Below, one piece after another: positions 43,491-53,119 of a stretch of DNA of 64,000 bases (positions are counted from its first letter, which is position 1; every line of letters begins with the position of its first letter). Both the position numbers and the translations under genes were made by a program. Below the pieces are notes generated by a model. That model did not search any database and was not told where the DNA came from. It worked only from the letters and a program-made list of their open reading frames with translations. The DNA is taken from the NCBI GenBank assembly GCA_964639615.1, contig CAZXHH010000003.1, forward strand, positions 18,294-82,293, given 5' to 3'. Origin of the DNA: Candidatus Woesearchaeota archaeon. GTDB taxonomy: Archaea > Nanobdellota > Nanobdellia > Pacearchaeales > GW2011-AR1.

Positions 43491-44735
43491 TCACTTCACA
43501 AATCCAACTTTCTGCAATAATTCAAATCCATTAACTCTTCCAAATTCTCCTTTTCTGCATTCTTTTTCACAAAACTTCTTTGCAACAGGAACAGGTCTGC
43601 AATCATAAAACAAAACTGGAACAGGGTCAGCTGAATGACCGTGAAGTTTACATGGAGTTGAATGATCTCCTGTAACAACAATTTTTATTTTATATTGAGG
43701 AGCAATGCTTCTTAGATATTTGAACAAAGTTATATCAATATATTCGAGCATGAGTTTTTTCTCTTCTGGTTTATTATCATGTCCTGGTAAATCTGTTTCT
43801 TTTATATGAATATATGCGTAATCTGCTCTTTTCATATTTTTTTTAATAACATTGATTGAATGCTTGCATGCTTTTCTTAATCCTTTCCATAAATTTTCAT
43901 AAGCGTCTATTCCTTCTAACGGCGGATATTCAAAAGCATAATTTTTCATTCCACACACATTTGAAAAACCAATTTCCAAAGGCATATAATTTGCAGAAAC
44001 CCATTTTTTATACTGCTTTAATTTTGGAGGTTCAATTCCAGCCCCTCTTAACAATAAAAAATTTGCAGGAAGAAGCCCTTTCTTTACTCTTTCTAAATTA
44101 ATTGGATGAATATTAAGTACATTGAATGCTTTTTCCAAAAATTCATTTACTAAATTTGCAGTAAACAATGAATTTTCATCATCATACAACGCTTTTATTT
44201 TAGAAACTTTTGTTGAAGTCAAACTTTTACCTTCAAAATAAGTAGTTTCATTTCCGGAAATATTATCAGAAAATCCTCCTCTAAAAACTAAAGAGGCTCT
44301 ATGCTGGATTGTTGGCTTGAAAATAAATTTGCAAGACATTTTTATATTGTTCAATGCTTTTGCTAAAGCATTTGCTTCAATAGTTGTTAATGTTCTTCCT
44401 GCCCTTCTGTCAAGAATATTTCCTTTTTCATACGAATCTATAGTACCAAAATTAACTCTAAAAGCTAAATCTCCACGAGTTAATTTCAAATCACTTCCTC
44501 TTGCTTCAAGTTGTCCTCTTGTACTTGAAATTAATTCATTTCCAAAAATAGAAACAATTGCTTCATCTGATTCTGGAACAAACGCAGGCTTAACACTATA
44601 CATATATCCTAATTGTCCTCTTGCTGCTAAAAAATCCATATTAGGAGTCTGAGCAGCTTCTAGAGGAGTTCTTTCACTAAGTTGAGAATTAGGCAAATCT
44701 CCTAATCCATCTAAAATAACTAATATCCCCTTCAT
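43491..44735 (-). CDS. apgM: 2,3-bisphosphoglycerate-independent phosphoglycerate mutase, archaeal type (ApgM)
   Basis: N-terminal ILVILDGLGDLP and a C-terminal TGDHSTP metal-binding block, at ~414 aa. Confidence 0.8.
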   Translation of the reverse strand: MKGILVILDGLGDLPNSQLSERTPLEAAQTPNMDFLAARGQLGYMYSVKPAFVPESDEAIVSIFGNELISSTRGQLEARGSDLKLTRGDLAFRVNFGTIDSYEKGNILDRRAGRTLTTIEANALAKALNNIKMSCKFIFKPTIQHRASLVFRGGFSDNISGNETTYFEGKSLTSTKVSKIKALYDDENSLFTANLVNEFLEKAFNVLNIHPINLERVKKGLLPANFLLLRGAGIEPPKLKQYKKWVSANYMPLEIGFSNVCGMKNYAFEYPPLEGIDAYENLWKGLRKACKHSINVIKKNMKRADYAYIHIKETDLPGHDNKPEEKKLMLEYIDITLFKYLRSIAPQYKIKIVVTGDHSTPCKLHGHSADPVPVLFYDCRPVPVAKKFCEKECRKGEFGRVNGFELLQKVGFVK

Positions 44736-44824
44736 ACATTAAATAAACCTCTTTTCTTTATAAAAATTTGGGATGAATACATTTAAACCAAAACCTTAAT
44801 AACTATTTCTTTACTTCTAAAAAC

Positions 44825-46006
44825 ATGTTTGATAAATTCAAAGAAAAGCTCAAAAACTGGACACAGGGATTAATTAAAAAAGCAGTTGTTGAAGAAGTTA
44901 AAGAAGTTGCAAAGAAAGAAAAAACAAAAAAACCTGCAAAAATTAAGAAGCCTTCAGTCAAAGAAAAAACAAAAAAAGAAGCTAAGAAAGAGATTAAAGA
45001 AGAAATTAAGCCTATTGAAGAGCACGAGTATATTGAAGCAAAACCAAAAGAATTTGATAAAAGTGAAAGAGAATTAACTGAAAAAGTCATTGCAGATATA
45101 AAAACAGAAGAAGAAGAGAAAAAAGGATTTTTTAGTAAGATATTTACAAAGATTTCAAAAATTAAGATATCTGAAGAAGATTTTGAAGCTTATTCAAATG
45201 ATTTGGAAATGATTCTTCTTGAAAACAATGTTGCAATTGAAGTTTCTGAAAAGATAATAAAACAATTAAGAGAAAATATTGTTGGAAAAGAATTCTTAAA
45301 AAAAGAAATAGAAGGTCAGATAAAAGATTCTCTTAAAGATATAATCTACAAGATATTGATTGAACCTTTTGATATAGTTGAAAAAATAAAAGACAAAAAA
45401 CTTTCTAAAAATAAACCCTATATAATATTATTCTGTGGAATAAATGGTACAGGAAAAACAACTTCTATAGCAAAATTTGGAAATATGCTAAAAGAAAAAA
45501 AATTATCTTGCGTATTTGCAGCAGGAGATACTTTTAGAGCAGCTTCAATAGAACAATTGAAAAAACATGGAGCTAAGTTGAATATACCTGTAATTGCTCA
45601 GGAATATGGTTCTGACCCCGCTTCTGTGGGATTTGATGCAATAAAATACGCAGAAAAGAATCATATTGATGTCGTGTTAATTGATACTGCTGGAAGAATG
45701 CACACTGAAAAAAATCTAATGGCTCAAATTGAAAAAGTTGCAAGAGTTTGCGCTCCAGATTTAAAATTATTTGTAGGGGAGAGTATAACAGGTAATGATA
45801 TAATTGAACAAATTAAATCTTTTAATCAATTTGTTTCTATTGATGGGATAATTCTAAGTAAAGCAGATATTGATGATAAAGGTGGAACAGCCCTATCTGT
45901 AGGATATACTACAGGAAAACCAATACTTTACCTTGGAATGGGACAAGAATACAAGGATATTCAAAAATTTGATAAGAGTAAATTTGTTGAAAGTTTGGGA
46001 TTGTAA
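44825..46006 (+). CDS. ftsY: Signal recognition particle receptor FtsY
   Basis: Lys/Glu-rich N-terminal region followed by an NG domain (ILFCGINGTGKTTSIAKF, DTAGRMH, LSKADIDDKGG). Confidence 0.85.
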   Translation: MFDKFKEKLKNWTQGLIKKAVVEEVKEVAKKEKTKKPAKIKKPSVKEKTKKEAKKEIKEEIKPIEEHEYIEAKPKEFDKSERELTEKVIADIKTEEEEKKGFFSKIFTKISKIKISEEDFEAYSNDLEMILLENNVAIEVSEKIIKQLRENIVGKEFLKKEIEGQIKDSLKDIIYKILIEPFDIVEKIKDKKLSKNKPYIILFCGINGTGKTTSIAKFGNMLKEKKLSCVFAAGDTFRAASIEQLKKHGAKLNIPVIAQEYGSDPASVGFDAIKYAEKNHIDVVLIDTAGRMHTEKNLMAQIEKVARVCAPDLKLFVGESITGNDIIEQIKSFNQFVSIDGIILSKADIDDKGGTALSVGYTTGKPILYLGMGQEYKDIQKFDKSKFVESLGL

Positions 46007-46051
46007 TTGAGTATAATAATTCTTATAAATGAGATTTAATCAAAGAAGATT

Positions 46052-46354
46052 ATGAAGATAAACTTAGAAAAAATAACATTCGAACCTATGGAAGAGAATT
46101 TAAAACAAGAAATTAAAAAAGATGTCTCTAATTTTGAATTAGAATTATATGAAGATAAAATGAGTGCACATCTTTATCTAAAAAGTAAGGATAATATTAT
46201 ATTGAATTGTGGAGATATAATGAGCTTTGAATATCCAAAAGACTCTCAAGAGCAGAATATAGTAAATCCAGGAATATCCACAGGAAATACTCGAGCAATA
46301 AAGATTAATTTTTTATATAATAACAAAAGATATACTATACAAAGTCATATCTAA
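46052..46354 (+). CDS. Hypothetical protein
   Basis: 100-aa ORF between ftsY and srp54. I recognise no family. Confidence 0.3.
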   Translation: MKINLEKITFEPMEENLKQEIKKDVSNFELELYEDKMSAHLYLKSKDNIILNCGDIMSFEYPKDSQEQNIVNPGISTGNTRAIKINFLYNNKRYTIQSHI

Positions 46355-46411
46355 TTCTAAAACCACAAATTTATTAACCCCCATTAAACTCGTTCTTATA
46401 GGTGTCTTACA

Positions 46412-47794
46412 ATGTTAGAAAGATTAGGAGAAGCACTAAGAAAAGCAAGAGATAAACTAGCAAATGCTCTTTTTCTGGATAAGAATATTGTTGAAAGTGT
46501 AGTTAAGGAGCTTCAAAGAGCACTAATTGAAGCAGATGTAAATATTCTTCTTGTAAAAGAAATATCAGATAAAATAAAGAAAGCTGCCTTTGATGAAAGA
46601 ATAAAAGAAATTGAAAAAAAAGAGCATATAATAAAACTGCTACATGATGAACTTGTAAAAATTCTTGGAGAATATAAAAATCTTGAATTACCCTCAGGAA
46701 AACAAGCAAGAATAATGCTTTTAGGCTTATATGGTGCAGGTAAAACAACTACAATTGCAAAACTAGGAAATTGGTATGCAAAAAGAGGGAAAAAAGTGCT
46801 CCTTGTTGGATTAGATGTTCACAGACCTGCTGCAAAAGAACAATTAGAACAATTGGCAAAGAAAAACAACCTAAATTATTTTGTAGACTTTAAAGAGACA
46901 GATGCTGTAAAGACTTGGAAAAAACTTGAGAAAGAAGAAGATTTGAAAAAATATGATTTAATTTTAATAGATACAGCAGGACGTCATACATTGGATAAGG
47001 AATTGATTAAAGAGATAAAAGAATTGAACAAAGAAACAAAACCAACAGAAACAATTTTGATTATGCCTGCAGATATTGGACAAGCTGCAAAAAAACAAGC
47101 AGCAGAATTTCAAGATGCATTAAAAATATCTGGAGTAATAATTTCAAGAATGGATTCTACTGCAAAAGGCGGAGGGGCTTTAACTGCCTGTGCAGAAACA
47201 AAAGCAGGAGTTTATTTTATTACAAATGGGGAAAAAATTAATGATATTGAAGAATTCAATCCAGAAAGTTTTTTATCAAGGCTTTTGGGAATGGGAGATT
47301 TACAAGCATTAATAGAAAAAATAAGAAATGTTACAGATGAAAGAGAACAAGAGAAAATACAAAAAAAATTGGAAGAAGGAAAACTATCTCTTGAGGATGT
47401 TATAGAACAAGTTAAATCAATGAATCAAATTGGAGGATTTGATAAAATAAAAAATATGATTCCAGGAATGGGAAAAGCAAAGCTTCCTGAAAATCTTCTT
47501 GAAAATCAACAGGAAAAAGTAGCAAAATGGGAACACATAATAAAATCAATGACTAAAGAAGAAAGAGAAAATCCTGAAATATTTGATAAACAAACCTCAA
47601 GAATATCCAGAGTTGCTGAAGGTGCAGGAGTAAATAACAGTGATGTTCGTGCTCTACTTAAACAATACAAAATGCTACAAGATATGCTTAAAGGGGGAAT
47701 GACTGATATGGATATGTCAAATGGTCTCTCTCAAAAGCAGATGATGAAAATGATGAAAAGATTTGGAAAGAAAAAGATGATGAAATTTAGATAA
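46412..47794 (+). CDS. srp54: Signal recognition particle protein SRP54
   Basis: NG domain (LLGLYGAGKTTTIAKL, DTAGRH, ISRMDSTAKGG) and a Met-rich M-domain C-terminus (MMKMMKRFGKKKMMKF). Confidence 0.9.
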   Translation: MLERLGEALRKARDKLANALFLDKNIVESVVKELQRALIEADVNILLVKEISDKIKKAAFDERIKEIEKKEHIIKLLHDELVKILGEYKNLELPSGKQARIMLLGLYGAGKTTTIAKLGNWYAKRGKKVLLVGLDVHRPAAKEQLEQLAKKNNLNYFVDFKETDAVKTWKKLEKEEDLKKYDLILIDTAGRHTLDKELIKEIKELNKETKPTETILIMPADIGQAAKKQAAEFQDALKISGVIISRMDSTAKGGGALTACAETKAGVYFITNGEKINDIEEFNPESFLSRLLGMGDLQALIEKIRNVTDEREQEKIQKKLEEGKLSLEDVIEQVKSMNQIGGFDKIKNMIPGMGKAKLPENLLENQQEKVAKWEHIIKSMTKEERENPEIFDKQTSRISRVAEGAGVNNSDVRALLKQYKMLQDMLKGGMTDMDMSNGLSQKQMMKMMKRFGKKKMMKFR

Positions 47795-47842
47795 AATTGA
47801 ACTTATCAAAACCCTTTTAAAACTATTTTTTCTAATATACTT

Positions 47843-48253
47843 ATGTCTGCTAAAACAAAATATGTTGTGCTAATTGCAATATTCTTTATCTCGCTTGTAG
47901 CATCTGCAATACTAACATTCATCCCTGCAGAACAAGCATGCGGAGGAGTTCAAACAAGTTGCTATATTGTTCAAACTTCACAATATGAAAAAACTCTTGG
48001 AATAAATAACAGCTATTTCGGACTTATTGCTTTTACAATTTTACTTGGATTCTCACTAGCTCATATTAAGAAACCAAAAAAATACAAAAAAACAATAATT
48101 ATGCTTGGTATAGTAGCAGGTGCAGCAATGGCAATTTATTTCTTTTATCTTCAAATTTTTGTGATTAAAGCCCTATGCAAATATTGCACAGTAGTAGATG
48201 CTGGAGCATTGTTAAGTCTAATTATATTTTTTGCATGGAAAGAAAAACATTAA
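47843..48253 (+). CDS. VKOR-family (DsbB-like) membrane thiol-disulfide oxidoreductase
   Basis: Four TM helices, a loop Cys pair (AEQACGGVQTSC) and CxxC at the start of the last helix (KALCKYCTVVDAG). About 136 aa. Confidence 0.6.
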   Translation: MSAKTKYVVLIAIFFISLVASAILTFIPAEQACGGVQTSCYIVQTSQYEKTLGINNSYFGLIAFTILLGFSLAHIKKPKKYKKTIIMLGIVAGAAMAIYFFYLQIFVIKALCKYCTVVDAGALLSLIIFFAWKEKH

Positions 48254-48945
48254 TCTTCTTTTAATATTCCCTCAATAGTATTTACTCTTTTATTTCTCAC
48301 ATTTAATGATTTAGTGAAGAATTTGGAAGGAATAAATTTTCCATTTTCTTTTTTTCCAATAACCTCTGCAGGATACGGAAAAATAATAAAATCTCCTGGC
48401 TCTTGTTTAATTGCTCCGCCTAAATTACCAAAATAAATTATCTTATCTTTTTCTTCGATTTTATTTATCCCAACAGAATAAGGTAAACCAAAAATAAAAA
48501 TATGAACACTATCTTTTAAATTCCCATTTTCAAAATCATTAAAAACCTCAATTAAAGTTTTATATTTTTTATCTAAAGTTACACCCTTCAAAGCTTCTTT
48601 CTCTTTTCTTGGCTCTCCTCCAACTACAGAATAATCCTTTAAGGTATACTTAGAATCCTTTAAAATATAAGTAAAAAATTCTTCTTTTGAAGTTATAATA
48701 TAATTATCCTTAACAATCTCCTGATAAGTAGAATCATTCAATTTTTTGAGGTTTATTGAATAAAGATTAAATAAGAAAGAAAAATCAACTTCCTTGGGAG
48801 TAACATTAACAGAACCCGTATTTAGCCTTATACTAGGAAAATTTTCTCCTTTTGTATATATCTCGAAATGCCTTGGATTTTGTGAAAAAGCTAAATTGCT
48901 TGCTAAAAAAAAGGCACTTGTAAGAAAAATGTCCTTAAGTTTCAT
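48250..48945 (-). CDS. Secreted hypothetical protein
   Basis: Signal peptide MKLKDIFLTSAFFLASNLAFS. I recognise no family. Confidence 0.35.
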   Translation of the reverse strand: MKLKDIFLTSAFFLASNLAFSQNPRHFEIYTKGENFPSIRLNTGSVNVTPKEVDFSFLFNLYSINLKKLNDSTYQEIVKDNYIITSKEEFFTYILKDSKYTLKDYSVVGGEPRKEKEALKGVTLDKKYKTLIEVFNDFENGNLKDSVHIFIFGLPYSVGINKIEEKDKIIYFGNLGGAIKQEPGDFIIFPYPAEVIGKKENGKFIPSKFFTKSLNVRNKRVNTIEGILKED

Positions 48946-49033
48946 CTAAACAAATATTTGAAAGCATATAAAAGGATTTAGATGCAATATTTTATATAAT
49001 AAAACTTAAAACAGCAGGTTCAATAAAAATAAA

Positions 49034-49645
49034 ATGAAAAAACTAATCCAACAAGGAGCAGAAGCAAAAATATATTTGAAAGAAAAAGAAAACATTGTTC
49101 TAAAGGATAGAATATCAAAATCGTATAGAAACCAAGAATTAGATAAAAAAATAATAAAGCAAAGAACAAAGGCTGAAAAAAAGCTTCTTGAAAAAGCATC
49201 AAAAATAATAAATGCACCAAATCCATTTCCACCAAAGGAAACAAACATAATTGAAATGCCATATATCAATGGACAAAAGCTCTCAAATTCTTTAAATAAT
49301 TTCCCTCTTCAAAAACAAAAAGAGATAATGAAAAGGCTTGGAGAAGAAATTTCAAAACTTCATAAGGCAGATATAATTCATGGAGATTTAACAACAAGCA
49401 ATATGATTTTAGTTGATAAAAAAATATTCATAATAGATTTTGGTCTCGGTTACATTTCAAAAAAAATAGAGGACAAAGCAGTAGATTTGCATTTGCTAAA
49501 ACAAGCTCTTGAAGCAAAACATTTTGAAAATTGGACAGAATTATTTGAAGAATTCAAAGAAGCTTATTTAAAGGACTATCCAGAATCAAAACAAATATTT
49601 GAAAGAATAACTGCTGTTGAAAGAAGAGGCAGATATAGACATTAG
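49034..49645 (+). CDS. bud32: KEOPS-complex kinase Bud32 (PRPK)
   Basis: Starts GAEAKIY, has the catalytic loop IIHGDLTTSNMIL and IIDFGLG, at ~200 aa. Confidence 0.75.
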   Translation: MKKLIQQGAEAKIYLKEKENIVLKDRISKSYRNQELDKKIIKQRTKAEKKLLEKASKIINAPNPFPPKETNIIEMPYINGQKLSNSLNNFPLQKQKEIMKRLGEEISKLHKADIIHGDLTTSNMILVDKKIFIIDFGLGYISKKIEDKAVDLHLLKQALEAKHFENWTELFEEFKEAYLKDYPESKQIFERITAVERRGRYRH

Positions 49646-49687
49646 ATCTTAAAAAACATTTAAATAATAAGAAAAAAGATTTATTTA

Positions 49688-50635
49688 ATGATAAAAATTT
49701 TCTCATTCTATAAAGGGAAACTAAATGAAATAAGACCTGAAGAAATTGAAAGAAATAGCAAATCTATTTATTGGGTAGACTTAGCTTGTTCCAATGTTGA
49801 AGAAATAAAACTTGTAACATCTAATTTTAATATACATCCAACAACAGAAGAAGATATACTTTCGAATCAGACAAGAACAAAATATGAAGAATTTGACGAA
49901 AACACTGCAGTAATTATGCAAGGAATCAAAGGACTTGAAACTACTAACATAAAAACGTATAATCTTTCTTTTATTTTAGGGGAAAATTATCTAATAACTT
50001 CTCATTTCGAATTAAATGAAAACATTGACTCTTTAATTAACAATCAAAAAAAATTAGAAAATTTAATGAAAAAAGGAATAGGCCATATTTTTCATTATAT
50101 TCTTGATAAGGAAGTGGACAAATGCATGCAAATAAAAGGTATACTTCTTGAAGAGTTTAAAAAATTAGAAAGAGAATTTATTGGTAATCCTGAAAAAGAA
50201 GTCCTATCAGAATTATTTCAAAAAGAATTAACTCTTTTGGATATGAGACAAATTATGGAATCGCTAACAGATTTGTGCTTGGGACTTACTAAACCAACAG
50301 ATAATTATCTAGATAATGAACTTTTGCCATATTTTAGAGATATTTATGACCATTCTTTTAAAATAACTGAATCTCTGAGGAGCATGTTAGGTAGAATTAA
50401 TGGAATGAGAAATGCTTATCAGACAATTACTTCAAATAGGTTAAATCAAACAATGAAACTCCTTACAGTTATAATGGCTATGATGATGCCTTTAACTGTT
50501 ATAACAGGATTTTATGGGATGAATGTCTCTTTGCCATTTATGACCCATGAAAGTTCTTGGATAGTAATTTTAGGAATAATGTTCTTCGCAACACTAATTA
50601 TGTATCTTGTTTTTAGAAGAATTAAAATAAATTAA
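49688..50635 (+). CDS. corA: CorA-family magnesium transporter
   Basis: Two C-terminal TM helices with the YGMNV signature (FYGMNVSLPFM). Confidence 0.8.
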   Translation: MIKIFSFYKGKLNEIRPEEIERNSKSIYWVDLACSNVEEIKLVTSNFNIHPTTEEDILSNQTRTKYEEFDENTAVIMQGIKGLETTNIKTYNLSFILGENYLITSHFELNENIDSLINNQKKLENLMKKGIGHIFHYILDKEVDKCMQIKGILLEEFKKLEREFIGNPEKEVLSELFQKELTLLDMRQIMESLTDLCLGLTKPTDNYLDNELLPYFRDIYDHSFKITESLRSMLGRINGMRNAYQTITSNRLNQTMKLLTVIMAMMMPLTVITGFYGMNVSLPFMTHESSWIVILGIMFFATLIMYLVFRRIKIN

Positions 50636-50696
50636 TTGTACAAAATATATTTATTTTCTTAATAATTTATATAAATAAAGTTAAAATAAACAAATA

Positions 50697-51524
50697 ATGT
50701 CTTACATAAAAAATGGACTAATAGGTTTATTGGTACCATTTTTAATTATTGGTGATAATTCAAAAATAATCAACCAAGTTGAAAAGAATAGTCCTATAAG
50801 TAATAGAATGCAAACAGAGATATTAGCAGAAGATACTTCAATTGAAAATCTAGTTGAATATGATTCTTTTATTAAAGCAAATATAAACAAATTTTATATT
50901 TCTGATATAGAAGAAGTTTACAATTTTTTTAATATTAAAAGAGATCTCCCAAAATATGGTTTTAAAGCTAATAAAAGACAATTTATTTACTCTGATTGTG
51001 AAGGAGCAGTATATCTTGCATCCGATTCAATTTATTTTTATTCCAGTTGTAATGAAGAAATTTTTTTAAGATATAAAAAAATGATGGAGAGTGAAAAAGA
51101 AAAATTAGTTAGTAGACTTCATCATAACATAAAACATGAAGCAGCACACGCATTTTATTATAATCTTGCAAAGGAAATCAACAAAGAAGAAAAAGTTAAA
51201 AAAATACCCGATAACATTTCTTTTGAGGAATTGCTAAAAGAAACGCTAGTTAGCGAGGGAGTTGCAGAATATATCGCATATAAAGGAGAGTTAACCAGAG
51301 AAGCTTCTATGCTCTCAAATGAGAACTTAAAAAGTATAACTGAAAGAGACGAATACAATATGTATAATCTAGGATTTATACTGGTTAAACCAATTTTAGA
51401 TATAAATTTTACAGAAGGTGTAAAAACATTAATTGAAAACTCTTTAACTTCAGAAGATTTGAATAATTTAATAAGATATCAAGAAAAAATTCTAGCAAAA
51501 TTAAATGGACCAAGCAATAACTAA
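50697..51524 (+). CDS. Hypothetical protein with HExxH motif (putative zinc metallopeptidase)
   Basis: N-terminal hydrophobic segment and an HEAAH motif (NIKHEAAHAFYYN). The 3' end overlaps the convergent gene by ~24 nt. Confidence 0.3.
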   Translation: MSYIKNGLIGLLVPFLIIGDNSKIINQVEKNSPISNRMQTEILAEDTSIENLVEYDSFIKANINKFYISDIEEVYNFFNIKRDLPKYGFKANKRQFIYSDCEGAVYLASDSIYFYSSCNEEIFLRYKKMMESEKEKLVSRLHHNIKHEAAHAFYYNLAKEINKEEKVKKIPDNISFEELLKETLVSEGVAEYIAYKGELTREASMLSNENLKSITERDEYNMYNLGFILVKPILDINFTEGVKTLIENSLTSEDLNNLIRYQEKILAKLNGPSNN

Positions 51525-51974
51525 AACTATTCCTGCTCCAATTAAACATCCTGCGAGTTTGCCAATTGCAACAGTCAATGCAGTCCTCTTATCTTTAAAT
51601 TTAGATAGTTTTAATTTTTGCCATTCATATCCCTCAAAGACTCCTGCAATTCCATCAGTGATAGCATTTCCAACTAATGCCCCAACAACTGCACCTAAAA
51701 TTCCAAAAAATTCTGCACCCGATAAAGTAAATATTGCAAGGATTCCATTATCAATTACTCCAAATAAAACATCTCCCTTCAAAATACTAAAAGGAATTTT
51801 AAAGAAAAAAATTGGAAGAAAAGAAAGAATTCCTAACCCAATTAGAGCAAATCCAATTAAAAATTTATTATTCAAAGAAAAATAACTTACAAAGAAGATT
51901 ATAGAAATTAGTATAAGAATATTGATTAAAGCAAAAGATAATCCTTTTCTATTTATGTTAAATTTCATTTTCAC
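51501..51974 (-). CDS. Glycine-zipper membrane protein
   Basis: 157 aa with several TM helices and GxxxG repeats (GILGAVVGALVGNAITDGIAGV). Confidence 0.3.
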   Translation of the reverse strand: MKMKFNINRKGLSFALINILILISIIFFVSYFSLNNKFLIGFALIGLGILSFLPIFFFKIPFSILKGDVLFGVIDNGILAIFTLSGAEFFGILGAVVGALVGNAITDGIAGVFEGYEWQKLKLSKFKDKRTALTVAIGKLAGCLIGAGIVLVIAWSI

Positions 51975-51987
51975 CTTTATTTATCAT

Positions 51988-52101
51988 AGCCCCACCAGGA
52001 TTCGAACCTGGGTCCCGGCCTCTCCTTGCATAAGCGAGATGTGAAAAATGCTCGCATTTTACACCAAAGGGCCGTATACTTGACCACTGTACTATGGGGC
52101 T
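51988..52101 (-). tRNA. tRNA-Gln (TTG) with a ~42-nt intron after position 37
   Basis: Exons fold as acceptor AGCCCCA/TGGGGCT, anticodon stem CGGCC/GGCCG and loop CTTTGG^A, with T-arm CCAGG-TTCGAAT-CCTGG. The intron TGTAAAATGCGAGC...CTCGCTTATGCAAGGAG forms a GCGAG/CTCGC helix. The ORF-track entry 51977..52174 is spurious. Confidence 0.65.
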
Positions 52102-52221
52102 GAGTAAGTTCACGAGTTAACCCGATCGCTCTGATGCGAGTGGGCTTGCGAACTGAATGTACATAAAAAAACAAGAAACAATTCTTTTTAAAACGTTTCT
52201 ATAGCAAGAAATTAATTTTAA

Positions 52222-53016
52222 TTATCCGAAAACTCTTTCATAGAATAGTGTTCTGTTAACATCTTGTCTTTTTGGATGCATCCATCTCAAAAAATGCCTT
52301 AATTTAATAGGCTTGTATTTTTCCCCGATTAATGTAGCAGCTAATCTTTTGTATTCTTCACTCGATTCTGAATTTGGTTTAAAATCTATTGTTGTTTTAA
52401 ATTCAGAAAGAGCCTTCAAAAAATCTAAATCATGAGGGATTACAGCCATTATAGGAATTTCCAAAGTTTCTTCAATATGTTCTTGAGCAATTTCAAAATT
52501 CTTATTATGGACTTTGTTCAAAATCAATCCAGAAATTGGAGTTCCTCTCTGTTTTGCAAGCTTTAATGCTTTAATTGTTGTACTCAGAGTTGGATGGTCA
52601 GGAGTTGTGACAATTAACATCTCATCTGATGCAAGCATCGCCCCTAAAGTTTCCTCATTTAATGCAGGAGAAGAATCAATTATTATATAATCATAATTTC
52701 TCTTCAAATTTTTTATTCTTTCTTTCATAAGCAAAGGATTTGTTTTAAAGTCTGTAAAAATTGAAGCAGGCATAACGTCAAGATTATTTACAGTATAAAT
52801 TGCTTGATTTGGATTTACTTTTTTCTCAAGAACTTCCTGAACTGAAAATTCTGGCTGAACTATTTTAAGGTGGATGCCTAATGTGGGCGAGGAGATATTT
52901 CCATCTACAAGTAAAACCTTCTTTCCAAAGCCTGCAATAGCAGAACCTAGGGAAATAACAGCAGTTGTCTTTCCCACACCCCCTTTTAGGGAAAAAATCC
53001 CTATGGATACTCCCAT
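52222..53016 (-). CDS. MinD/ParA-family P-loop ATPase
   Basis: Deviant Walker A KGGVGKTT near the N-terminus, at 264 aa. Confidence 0.7.
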   Translation of the reverse strand: MGVSIGIFSLKGGVGKTTAVISLGSAIAGFGKKVLLVDGNISSPTLGIHLKIVQPEFSVQEVLEKKVNPNQAIYTVNNLDVMPASIFTDFKTNPLLMKERIKNLKRNYDYIIIDSSPALNEETLGAMLASDEMLIVTTPDHPTLSTTIKALKLAKQRGTPISGLILNKVHNKNFEIAQEHIEETLEIPIMAVIPHDLDFLKALSEFKTTIDFKPNSESSEEYKRLAATLIGEKYKPIKLRHFLRWMHPKRQDVNRTLFYERVFG

Positions 53017-53119
53017 AATATCATGAATTAAACTTGATTTAAATAACTTATTGATAATACAAAATGCCCTAAAAATTGCTTACAGCAAGCTTTAAAAAAC
53101 CCCTTTACGAAATAGTTAG

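Noticed and set aside
44803-45090. Minus-strand 95-aa ORF and plus-strand 63-aa ORF (44886..45077) within ftsY
   Set aside because: They overlap the Lys/Glu-rich low-complexity N-terminal region of FtsY. The repetitive AAG/GAA codons generate open alternative frames.
51977-52174. 65-aa ORF (MFFYVHSVRKPTRIRAIGLTREL...) on the minus strand
   Set aside because: It exactly overlies the intron-containing tRNA-Gln and its GC-rich leader. Its open frame is an artefact of locally GC-rich RNA-gene sequence in an AT-rich genome.
52102-52175. Possible box C/D sRNA (TGATGC and CTGA motifs) upstream of tRNA-Gln
   Set aside because: The C-like and D-like boxes are only ~16 nt apart and no C' or D' pair is discernible. 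It is more simply explained as a pre-tRNA leader or promoter-proximal sequence. I kept it only as a low-interest note.
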